A stretch of 64,000 nucleotides of DNA, from the NCBI GenBank assembly GCA_001599295.1, contig BCGN01000003.1:1550001-1614000 (forward strand). Reading direction: 5' to 3'. The stretch is from Sporopachydermia quercuum. Taxonomy: Eukaryota. Shown here in pieces: positions 33,509 to 44,436 of the stretch (the first letter of the stretch is position 1; every line of letters starts with the position of its first letter). Below the pieces are notes generated by a model, which was not told where the DNA came from, did not search any database, and saw only the letters and a list, made by a program, of their open reading frames with translations. The translations under genes were made by a program, and so were the position numbers.

Positions 33509-35674
33509 TCACCAAACATCTTCTTGATAATAATTCTTGGTTTTCAGAGATCTGACAAACTCATGAGCTTTCTCCTCAGAACAGTTCTTGGTCTCAGCAA
33601 CGATAGTAGCTAATGAATTGGAGACATCTCTGGCCATTCTGCTCGCATCACCACATACATAGAAATAACCGTCATTGGATAAGATCAAATCGCCAATAAG
33701 CTTCTTATTTTCTTCTTCGAGCATTTTATCTTGGACATATACTTTCTTATCACCAACTCTTGAAAAAGCAGTAATAAATGTAAACTTGTCCCCAAGAATC
33801 TTCTTATAATCTTCCCATTCTTTAGAATAAAGGAAATCTGATACAGGGTCTCTGCAACCAAAGAACAAAACAATTCGGCCAATGTCAATGCCTTGTTCAA
33901 CTTGACAGCACTTCTCACGAACAAAAGCTCTGAAAGGCGCTACACCAGTACCAGGACCAACCATAACAACAGGCTTCTTTGGATTACGGGGCAACTTGAA
34001 AGTAGATCTTCTAATATGAACGGGCAATTTGTAAGTATTATCGCCATTGGAGAAATAGTCTCTAGGACCTGATAAGTCATAAACAATTGAAGGGTCAGTT
34101 GGGCTACTATGAGTTTCATTATGGATGTTGAGTAAAAGATTAGTAGTAACTCCTTTAAAGGTATAGTTATCAGATGCAAATTCAGAGGATTCAACAACAG
34201 CTGTAACGTGAATAGTATCCTTCTCCTTAGCTGATGAAGAAGAAATTGAGTAATATCTTGGTTGTAAATGAGCAATGTATTCAACTAAGAAGTTGAAAGG
34301 AACCTTTGTCCATTGTACGCCATCTGAGATCTTTGATAGAGCTTCAGTTAAGTTGTACAGCTTTGAAACAATTGCTTCCTGGAACTTGTCCTTGTCACCG
34401 CCAAGGTTCAAACAGGTTTCTTTAGCTTCAGGAGTTGGGGCAAAAGGAGCAATTAATAATAAAAACTGTCTAGAAACGGGTCCATTGATTTCGAGGTAGT
34501 GTCTTGCGATGGTGTCATAAGTAGTAGGGCTATGAGGCAATTGAGAATTGCCAGTAGAATCCTTGGATTTCAATTGAATAATAGTATCCTTTTCGTCAAG
34601 TAGACCAAATATTGATAAAAACTTTTCAACATGATCGTTTGAATTGGAAGGCCAAACAGCAATATGATCACCAGTACTATATTTGATTTTATCACCGCCT
34701 GTTTCAAATTCAACGTGGACACAGTGTCTGGTTTCATCGTTGAACAATTCTTCAGTCTTAACGATAGTAGCCAAGTAAGGATTAGTATGATCAAAAGGAC
34801 CATTTGACTCACCATTACCAGCTTTAAGGTACTTTTCGTTTGGTTCCCCATAATAAACAGTGTTAGCATCAACAGATTCAGTATCAAGCTTAACAATATC
34901 AATACTTGGTTCGTATTCAACCTCTTTTTCAGTCAAATTGAGCTTTTCCTTGATTGCAGAGAAAACTTCATCTTTCCATGAAAGATAATCTTCGTCCATG
35001 GTTCCAGTACCATCATCACCTTCACCATAGCTACCAATTCTTTGAGCACCAAGCTTTGAGAGAAATTCATCAGTTTTCCTTCCCATGGCATTATAGAACT
35101 CATAAGTAGAATTTCCTAAGCCAAAAACAACATAATTCAACTTGCTTAAAGGCAGGTTATCTTCAGAATAATCAGCAAAAGTCTCGCCATTCTTGAACGT
35201 AAGATCATCAATATTAGAGAATAGTTCATAGAAACCCATGGCATTGTCAGTTGGTTCACCTTCTCCGTAAGTAGCCATAATAAATGCCAAGATCTTATCA
35301 GATCCATCAAATTCGTTTAGATTATCATAATCAAAATCATCCAAATCAGCAATCATAGAATTTAATCCAAGTCTTTGAGATGCTTCTTTAGAGAATCTTG
35401 AAGCATACTCTTCAGCTGTACCAGTTTGAGATCCATAGAATACAATCATATCCTTACCGGCTGATTCAAATTTAGAAACGATGCTCCTTTCATCTTCATC
35501 ACCCCCTGACGAAGTGGCGGCTTCGTTTTTGTCCTTAGCTTTGCCCCATAATGTTCCCTTGGTGAAATATAAAAGGGTTGTCAAAAGGATAATAGCTAAA
35601 ATGGTCAAATCAGCTGAATCCAGTTCCGATGATTTGGTCTCACTTAAAGGAGGTTCCTCTATAATTTCTGGCAT
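33509..35674 (-). CDS. NCP1: NADPH-cytochrome P450 reductase
   Basis: N-terminal membrane anchor; FMN motifs YGSQTGTAE, ATYGEGEPTDNA, FGLGNSTYE; RYYSISSS, GPGTGVAPFRAF, YQEDVW; first ATG at 35674. Confidence 0.97.
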   Translation of the reverse strand: MPEIIEEPPLSETKSSELDSADLTILAIILLTTLLYFTKGTLWGKAKDKNEAATSSGGDEDERSIVSKFESAGKDMIVFYGSQTGTAEEYASRFSKEASQRLGLNSMIADLDDFDYDNLNEFDGSDKILAFIMATYGEGEPTDNAMGFYELFSNIDDLTFKNGETFADYSEDNLPLSKLNYVVFGLGNSTYEFYNAMGRKTDEFLSKLGAQRIGSYGEGDDGTGTMDEDYLSWKDEVFSAIKEKLNLTEKEVEYEPSIDIVKLDTESVDANTVYYGEPNEKYLKAGNGESNGPFDHTNPYLATIVKTEELFNDETRHCVHVEFETGGDKIKYSTGDHIAVWPSNSNDHVEKFLSIFGLLDEKDTIIQLKSKDSTGNSQLPHSPTTYDTIARHYLEINGPVSRQFLLLIAPFAPTPEAKETCLNLGGDKDKFQEAIVSKLYNLTEALSKISDGVQWTKVPFNFLVEYIAHLQPRYYSISSSSAKEKDTIHVTAVVESSEFASDNYTFKGVTTNLLLNIHNETHSSPTDPSIVYDLSGPRDYFSNGDNTYKLPVHIRRSTFKLPRNPKKPVVMVGPGTGVAPFRAFVREKCCQVEQGIDIGRIVLFFGCRDPVSDFLYSKEWEDYKKILGDKFTFITAFSRVGDKKVYVQDKMLEEENKKLIGDLILSNDGYFYVCGDASRMARDVSNSLATIVAETKNCSEEKAHEFVRSLKTKNYYQEDVW

Positions 35675-35940
35675 AGTGAATAGGAGCAAAAATGTAGTGA
35701 ATACCTCCGATTGAATGTTGCTTTTCTTTTTCTTCAGCTCCGACTTACCGAACGCGTGATTCGCAGCTGCTTTTCCTGTTCATGTATGTATATAGACAAT
35801 GCAATACAGAAAAGGATCTGAACAGATGGTGACAACGATGAATACGATGATAATATATCAATTAGTATTGCATTAAGTACTAACTAATTGATTTCTCTAT
35901 ATTTCTACAACGTCTATACTAATTGACATACCACAATTGC

Positions 35941-36443
35941 TCGTTTAACAACTATCCAAATATTCCACTAGTTTCTGTCTTTGATGATCTTCCGCTATCA
36001 TCGGTCGGATCTTGTTGTCATTAAATAAGGAGTTAAGAGCTCGTTCTCCCACTTTGCATTGACGCGGGGCTTTCGATTCGGGAAGGGGAAAGTTTCACTG
36101 TCCGGAATTGTTGTCCGATATTGTCTGTAGATTATCGGCTGGTGTTACCCCCAACGTCTTGAATAGGTAAACGACAGGGTGGTAAGAGGGACCAAATGCA
36201 AACGTGTTATGGGACAGGAAGGAATTAACTGAAACGGAAAGAGGTGGAGCAGAAATAATCGAATCAGTGGGTTGAGTAGTGCGAGGACTGGCTGTCAAGG
36301 GTTGCTGAAGAAAAGAAGCATAATTTTGGGTCTGAGTTGGGGAAGATTTCTGGAACAATGAATTCTGCTTACAATTGAAAGAATTATATAACTCTACTGT
36401 TTTCCCAAGTCTTCAATTGATGATTCATCAGAATTATCGTATA
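35941..36443. promoter_or_regulatory. Sterol regulatory elements (Upc2/Ecm22-type) upstream of NCP1
   Basis: TCGTTTA at 35941-35947, TAAACGA at 36168-36174, TCGTATA at 36437-36443. Confidence 0.45.
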
Positions 36444-37876
36444 GGCAGTTATATGTCATACAGACGGTAGGAGGAGACCTGATGGCAAATGTAACTGAAT
36501 TCAGGAAGATTGAATCAGGTAATAAATTCCTTATTGACTTGGCTTGCCCGTCTTATGTCAATTGACTAAGGTTGGCAGATAAGAAAAAAAGGAATGGAAG
36601 ATATCATTCCATAGATGATTCAAAATGAATAAGANGGTTTCAAAGGAAATCAAACCCGTAGAAGATACAACTTGACATTTTTGTTAAAAAAGATCTCCGG
36701 CTTTTAGAAATATTCGACATATGGCAGCTTCGCTTCATAATGTCAATAAAGCTCAAGCTAATAAAATCGACCCACTATAGTCTGCACAATTATGTCGGAC
36801 AGGAGATCATGGCATACGATAGTTCCGACATTAGCTTCCAGTTATGACTTTTATCATGGTTAGGGTGCGAGAGAAGATAGTAAGAGAAGGAGGGTTTATA
36901 TTACAAAAACTAATAGATAACATAATTAGAACCGTTGAAATTTGGAGAATATGCTAACTGCGGGACAATTTAATCCTTGCAGGGATTTACGACTTCTAAC
37001 TCAATCCTATTATGTGGCTAGCGAAAGCTTATCGGCACTTTTGTTCCAGACAGACCAATGCATCGGGTAAGGAAAAGGCCTCCACAATGCGTAAAAGAAA
37101 TGAATCAAGTAANAGAGTTTGTCAAAGGAGTTGACAGTTGATTTTTTTCATCGGTAAATGCTGTAGTCCAAAAGGCAAAAGGTATGTTAATTTGATGAGT
37201 ACATTATTATTTTTGCTTGACTTGTTTCTACNTTGATTTTTTGACGGGAGTAATCTTCACGTATGGTTGCACTTGGTATTGCATATGAAGTGAAAAATAC
37301 ATGACTCTGGTTCACATAAAGAACATAAAGAAAGATTTCTGATACAACAAGTAGAAGCAATTTCGCGAACGAGTAAAATTATTTAGAATAAATATAAATA
37401 GTATAATATTTATTCAACTACATAGAAGTAGCATAGCATAGTGAATATTCTATTTCATTCATGATGAATATGCCATGAAATTACGTTTTAGATATGAATT
37501 AGGACCCTGCCAATTTTCCGATGAATCATGTTGCTCATCCGAAGGNAGTAACGGGTATATGAAAATGAGCAAAAANTCATGTTCGTTAAATACACAATTA
37601 ATATACACCATTTGAATAATCTAATCGGATGCACATTCCGAGACCTCTAGGGTAATATCTTGCGGTTCTGTTGAAGATTCCGTCTTTCTATTAGGGTTCA
37701 TTTTGAAGCAGTGTTTCATACTCACCCTCTGGAAGAGCTGCTCTAGTAACCTCACCAGAATGGAACCTGGATTTTCTTACGACAAAAATACATGACACTA
37801 CAAGAGATGATTCACAATTATATATAGTGTTTTAACCTAATTAGACAATTCATACATTCAATGGTTATGAAATAAA

Positions 37877-39125
37877 TTAGTTCATGGCCTTGATCAAGCT
37901 GTTAATGAATTCTTCTCTGTTACCAAAGGAACCACCTTCAATGAAATGCTTGGACTTTCTTGGGACACCCCAACCACCGGATGGGTTAGACAACTTGAAT
38001 GGCCACAAGAAATTGTTAGCTTGCTTGAAGTTAGGACCAACAGTGTAGATTTCGTGGATCAAGTCTTCAATAGAAGAGATACCGTAGGCGCCTAAAGCTG
38101 CTTCAATGATAGCATTGTCGCTTAAAGGAATTCTTTGCTTGTTGACCTTACCGAAACCTCTTTTGTAGATAATTTGTCTGATGGTAGACAAGTTGGGGTA
38201 TCCATACGCAACGTAAGGTTCAACCAACTTGATCAATTCAGAGGTAGCCTTAGTAACTCTAACGAAGACACCAGTGTTGATTTGGTTGAGTCTCAATAAT
38301 TGAAGGACCTTTCTGGGCTTAGGAGCAACTTTGTTGATACCCTTGATACGGACAATGAAGACAAGTTTGGCTTCAGCAGGAACGTAGAAAGAACCGGCAG
38401 CCTTAGCTTCACGACGAGCATCAATGATAGCTCTCTCAGAGGCAGCGTACTCTTCGTAGTACTTAGCAGTACGTTCCAAAAGGGCTTTTCTCTTTTCTTG
38501 AGAAATCTAAAATATATCATGTTAATAATTTATTCAAATAGTATCTAAAGATACTGTAGTTTGGCAAGAGTTTTGATCTATTCGTTCATCGTTGACAACC
38601 GCTGTAGAACCTGTGATTAACAACACGCAAATGATCCAGGGTTATGGTTCGCTTCTTAAGAATTCAGTCCCGAAAGATGGTATAACAACAAACATCATCG
38701 TAACACTAGTTCGTAAAAGGTTTGTTATGCATCATTATACTATAGAAACGAACTTTTCCCACAAGATTCTTGTTGATAGTTTAGTTATAGACCGCATTCT
38801 CATCCATATGAACATATTTGCTGATATTAGCCTTTGCAACGTCAGATTCACTTTGTTGAAGTTATGATGGTTGAATTGGGGATTGAACTTTTCAGAAACA
38901 CTTGCACATTCTACATTTTGGAAATCATTATCGTACCTTCTTTCTTTCAGCCTTTTCAGCCTTTTGAGCTTCAGTGAGCTTGGCAACTGCTCTTTGCTTC
39001 TTTATAAGAGATTCAGGAACTGCAACGTCACTATAAACCTGTTAGTTATTCATTCTCACCAACATCATAATTTTGTTTTCAAACATTTATGTTTGGTAGT
39101 TTTTCATTCCTATAACGTACGTCAT
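37877..39125 (-). CDS. RPL7: 60S ribosomal protein uL30 (L7), 3 exons
   Basis: Exons 39125-39121 (ATGAC), 39030-38937 (T+[11 protein letters not shown]...ERKK), 38506-37877 ([12 protein letters not shown]...[10 protein letters not shown]). Intron 39120-39031: GTACGT..AACTAAC..TAG. Intron 38936-38507: GTACGA..TATTAAC..TAG. Confidence 0.96.
38661..38740 (-). ncRNA. Intronic box C/D snoRNA of the snR39/snR39B family (register fits snR39B, 25S Gm805)
   Basis: Guide ACCATCTTTCGGG (38681-38669), complementary to conserved LSU CCCGAAAGAUGGU, lies one nt before box D CTGA (38667-38664). C-like ATGATGC (38735-38729), C' ATGATGT (38698-38692), flanking 10-bp stem 38647-38656/38744-38753. Confidence 0.88.
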
Positions 39126-39491
39126 TTTGTATTAATTGATAGATCCTTGTCTGTTTCAAGAGAACAACAATGGTATGACCTAATAATGTGTTACTGATAC
39201 AACACTTTTGTCTATCTATAAAAGAAAGAAGTATTGAAAGAGAAAGGAAGTAGTAGTATCAAACTAACAGTGTGACAATCAGAGTATTGTGAGTCCCGCC
39301 TGAAAGAGCCATCCACTCACTACTACATACTCTCGAGAGTCCGCTTGGGTTTGGACTGNTTCAGAATGTGCGTCAATGTTGATTTAGTATGAAAAGTTAG
39401 TCTGATAGCAAAATTCACATTTCCACCTTAAAAAGTTACATAGGTATAGAAGTTTTAGAACCGCTGTAAATTACATACCTACTTGTCCTTA

Positions 39492-39513
39492 AGCCCTAAT
39501 ATCAAACACGTGA
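39492..39513. promoter_or_regulatory. RPL7 promoter: adjacent Tbf1 and Cbf1 sites
   Basis: AGCCCTAA at 39492-39499 and CACGTGA at 39507-39513. Confidence 0.55.
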
Positions 39514-42500
39514 TTCAATGAGGGCGAAAATTACTGTCCTTTGGTACATTATGTCCAAATATAATTGGTCTTGCGTGTCGGCGTATCTAACGATTTCATA
39601 ATGACGAAATTTGGATATGAAACAACAGCTTCTATCTGAGAATACCAATCTATTGATATCGTTCTATTATTTCTGTTACTTATGACATACAAGCTTTTAC
39701 AATAACCTCAACACATCCTTCAAAATGCCACACACATTGTAGGTTACGTCATCTTTGAATCTCACTCGCGACATTATCCTTACCACCTTCTCTATCGGAT
39801 AATCTGATTTGCACTTGAAACATGTTTTTCGGAGGTGTTGATACCATGAAGAACAATAAAGATAACTACAGTAACTATATAGTTATTCTAGTAGTTGCTG
39901 AGGGTATTTGAGCACAAATATATACTGGCAATTGAGAATGCTAGCCCTCAGTTAAACCATATGGANACCAGTGCTAAGTTAGGATTGACCTATGCCTTCA
40001 TATATCATGGTAGCGGAACACAATACTGATTGCATTGATTGTGTTGAGATCACTAGGAGATGATCAGTTTGGAAATGTACGTATGAGAATAAATTAGAAC
40101 TAGATATATTTGAACCGGAATCCAGTATCTTGTGTTTTGTGAAGTATATATACCATTTTTGTGAAGAGTGATAAAGCATCCAAAGCTCAGATTTCAAACC
40201 TCATTCATTCACCTTCACATAATGCGTCTAGAGCATCATCCATATCAGTTGGCCCACCACCAAAGATATCGTTGAATACTGTTGATGTAGATTTGTTTGA
40301 CTTGAATGAAATGTGACAACTACTTTTCCCAATCTTTATAGTCAGAGATAATACAAGCGATAATACAATCGTGCTTANTATGAGCGGTACATGGAGTATC
40401 GAACATGAGCTCCATGTATGATATCTATCTTAATTCACACAATAATAAAGCAAAGTAAAATAAGGAGTGCTTCTTGGGTAGNTGGAGAGATGAACCCGTT
40501 TAAAACTTACGATAGAAGGACTTCAGTTATGGACAAGGGGCAGCAAGTAAACTCTAAAATATCAAGACTTTACTTAATAGCAATAAGTTTAAATCGTAGA
40601 AAAGCAGTTCTTCAATGAAGAGATCTTTAGTAGATATAACTAGTGATTATTCCATTCTTCGTGATCTTCATATTGAGATGTGTAGATTTGGCAGACAATG
40701 CGTTTCATAAGTAGAAAAATAGTGGAAGCTGTACACGGTTAGGACCAATAGAGAGAAATGTTTGTAGAAGCTGAAATGAGAGCATAGATCAAGATGCATA
40801 AAAGAAACCGGAAGCGCACGGTTTACAGTGTAATAAATATTGAAGTGAATGAGCTGAAACAGTAGTTCAACTGAAAGCAATTCAATTGATAGCAGGTATC
40901 AAATTTATATTAAGGGCTAGATTTAATCGGCTAAGGTAGACGCTTTTTGGTTAAGAAAACAACGAGTATGCAATTGCATTTGGTTTAAGTCTTGTCGATT
41001 CGGTTGTACTTTTAATGAAATAGACACATGATCAAGTCATGTCAACATGGTGCCACTGAGTGTTTGTATTGTTAAAGAGACTAAGTAGCTTACATGTTAA
41101 GACCTCAACACTTCAGAATCAATAAACAAAAATGTTCTTACTAATGCTCTGCAATTAAACCAAGAGGTTTTCTATGTACGTCTAGATACGTCCTATCATC
41201 GAGAATAGACTTGTTCTTGAAACTGGAGATAATAAAGCAAGAGACAAAAGACAAGGGGAACAAGGTAAACAATAAATGAGGAGCGAAGTGCAAATTAAAA
41301 CAAACTGATAAGTTTATTTCAGTCTCTCAATTCTAATATGTCGTAGATCCAAATATTTTGTTAAGGGCCATAACAAATGTACATGAATCCATCTTGCAAA
41401 GGTTTTGAAAACTATCAAACGGCACATGAGCCAGTTAAGAGAAATGGTCATCTGGTTGAAGAATGATATTGATAATTCTCTTTGCGATAATAATCTATTG
41501 CAATAGTCTTTCTTCATTTGAGTTAAAACTGATAACAGCTGATCAGGATAATAAACACTAATTGCTGAATTGCTCTATGGAGTCAACTTTACCAGTCCAA
41601 AGGCTAAGGCTATCGATCAGATATGTTAGAACTCATTCCCCGCAAAAGATATCTACTGAAATTGAAATTTTCAGACTCCAGATGTTAAAGATCAGAGATC
41701 TTAGACATTTGACTAATAGGTTTCATCAAGCTTTTTAATTAGATATTCATGGTATGATTATTTGCNCAGTTCAACAGAAACAGTTATGATTATTTATCTG
41801 TTAGAATGTTTGATGGATTTCCCCACAGTAAAGGCTACTACAGCAAGGTTTAACTTACGTGGACTAAAAACCGAATTTCACATACCTTATATAACTTTAA
41901 CCTTCTAAATATGGTTTGAGAGCTTTCCTTCTGCTTTGAGCAACTGCAGTGAGATGAAATGACCCATCCGGAGAATAAAGGAAGATCTTGAAGTTTATCA
42001 TCTAAGTCTTAAGCAGGAAAAGTACCGATCGAGGATNCCACGATAAGTTAGGTTAGAATTGTCCTATTAGGAAAAGTCATTGCCTATTAACTTTAAAGTT
42101 GTTTGAACCTCATGCAAGTGGTTTAAAATTAGCTTTGTACAGGTTCGTAAGAACAAATTTGGGCTTGTCTGTCAAAAAAAAAGAGATACAATTTGACAAT
42201 AAAGTAAATGGAGATCAACTTTCGTCATATCAAAAGAGTAATAATATTTAAGAGAAATTTCTATGAGATCATAGTTTTCTTCTTGTTTAAATTGTGCTTT
42301 AAAACTAACTGTTTTGACAAAGTTTTAGCTGAAAGTGAAAAAAATTCTTTTCATATGCGAAGTTTAAATGTGCTGTTTATTTGCTGATCTAGTATCATAG
42401 ATTGCTCTTCTATTCATTAAAACAGAAGATAAAGCAAAGAGAGTCGAATCCAAGAGAGATGATTGATTGTTATTTGAGTGATTATTCACTTCCTATTTCT

Positions 42501-44436
42501 TTAAACTTAACAAAGGAATCATCGCTCTTGAAAGCCTATTGGAGCTGCCAGAAGAAAAGAAGGAGAGGCCAGATTCAGGTAGGCTACAGTGACTTGTACT
42601 AAATGAGAGCTGNTTGACATCCTTGATAAAAAAAAAACATCTCAACTGTAATAATTTTATAATTTTATGTTTGAATTCAAACTTTTAATGTAACATCGAC
42701 ATATACATCAAAACGGTCTGTATAAATAAATAATACAGCATAATCATACCAACGATCTCTTATCAACACCCGCTGGGGGATTCCATACAAATAAACTTTA
42801 TATCTTGCAGCATCTCTATGTAAGAAATATGCACGGGCGCTGTATCACACACATACAAAGAAAGTTTTTGTCACATTTGCGTTTTATATGGCATCTACTA
42901 TTTCAACGACCCCTCTTTCATTTAATCTTCAGAGGTATCTGAAGTTAGAAGAACATCAAAGTATTTATCTACACATTACTTAAAGATGAAATCGATCTTC
43001 ATTGCTTCAATATTTCATTATCATGTTATAATATTCGTACCCAATCACAAAGTNTAATAATTTTTAATTCACTCAACCTAACGCTTGGAACTGAGAAAAA
43101 AAAGTTCCATACCTGCACGTTGATGTCAGTCCACCGAATAGTTAGAAAAACACTCTCTACTTCAAATACGAGGGCTTTTAGATAGAAATTTCAGTACGAC
43201 GTCTTATAGGAAGAAGCGGTAACTCCTCTAACCTTCCATCGTGCCTATAACCACTGTTCTGCATGAGCCATAGAAAATATTCGCTCCAAACTGGTGATTA
43301 TTTTATCTTATGAACACTAATTACACTAAATAATAATCAAGGCCCTTACANATCCCTTTAGGGACTCACATGGTGAAGCCACTTCTGGTGTGAAGGGGCA
43401 GACCCCCATTTTCAGTCTACGCATAACCTAGGCATTAGTTACCTATCTATACACAGAAAACTAATCATCATTTCGATAAACACCGTAAATGGTGTCCAAG
43501 AATTTTCAACTAGAACTATGTACAAATCATTTATCAGACAAATAAATCATATTAAATCTTCCACCAACACCACATTTACGATCTACTTATGCCTCTGACT
43601 CACCACATTCGAAGTCCACAGTCTTTGTATGTTCCTGCATACTACATTCAATATAAGTTTTACATGTAAAAATGAAACTTTATTCCCAAGGTTTTCATCT
43701 TGTTTTATACAAAAACATCCAAATTTCCTTTTTCGCCCTACCAAAATAATTACATAATTTATTGCAAAACCAAGAAGGAACAACCTCAAACCACAAAATT
43801 GCACAGGAGGCAAAAATATACCCAACATATATACAGTCTACTTACCAAACACAGCAAACAACACAAACGATCAAGTGTTATTAAATTGAGAATACACAGA
43901 GCTTTTAATTATTTTTGTTTAATTTCAAGTTCAGTTTCTTATTGCAGGAAAGAGGAGTTTTTTTTGCTTCTATAAATCAAATAATCAACAAGNTCCAGTT
44001 GAATAGTGCCACTGGCTATCTAGTCAACAGGGGACACACATCGTATGAACATCTAGAACAGCTTTATCAAGAAGTAAAACTGAAACTATGAGATTGATTT
44101 CTCCACGATTCTTTTGTTTATGTTGAGAAATTGGAAACGAATAGCACAAGAGTTGGTACGATAGTTTAGGAGCGATTGTTCAGTTGAATGTGATCAGAAG
44201 ATTATATCGTTGTAATATCGAAAGCCTACAGATACAGTTTCAAGCTTATTAAAAGAAATCTGAAGAAGTCAAATACTGTTGTATATTCTCATTGTGCGAT
44301 AGAATCACTAACAACTTGAACTGGGGTAAGGTCGAGAAGACAACCGAGTTCTGAAAGAAACGTAGATTGATTAGCCTGTTACTGTCTCATTTGACCAGTT
44401 GATAGGATAGAAGTTACCATTCGACAGAAAGTGATA

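Noticed and set aside
35743..35748. GTAAGT donor-like site upstream of the NCP1 ATG
   Set aside because: No branch point or suitable acceptor before the start codon
37165..37182. Minus-strand TTTGCCTTTTGG resembling the U2 snRNA 5' end
   Set aside because: Not followed by the invariant GATCAAGTGTAGTA
36859..37699. TTAGGG motifs suggesting telomeric repeats or another snoRNA promoter
   Set aside because: Isolated single copies; no convincing C/D or H/ACA RNA found downstream by eye
40108..40123. GGTTCAAAT B-box-like motif on the minus strand (tRNA?)
   Set aside because: No T-stem pairing or cloverleaf
42828..42838. TATGCACGGG resembling the U4 snRNA 5' region
   Set aside because: Rest of stem II, stem I and the Sm site are not evident
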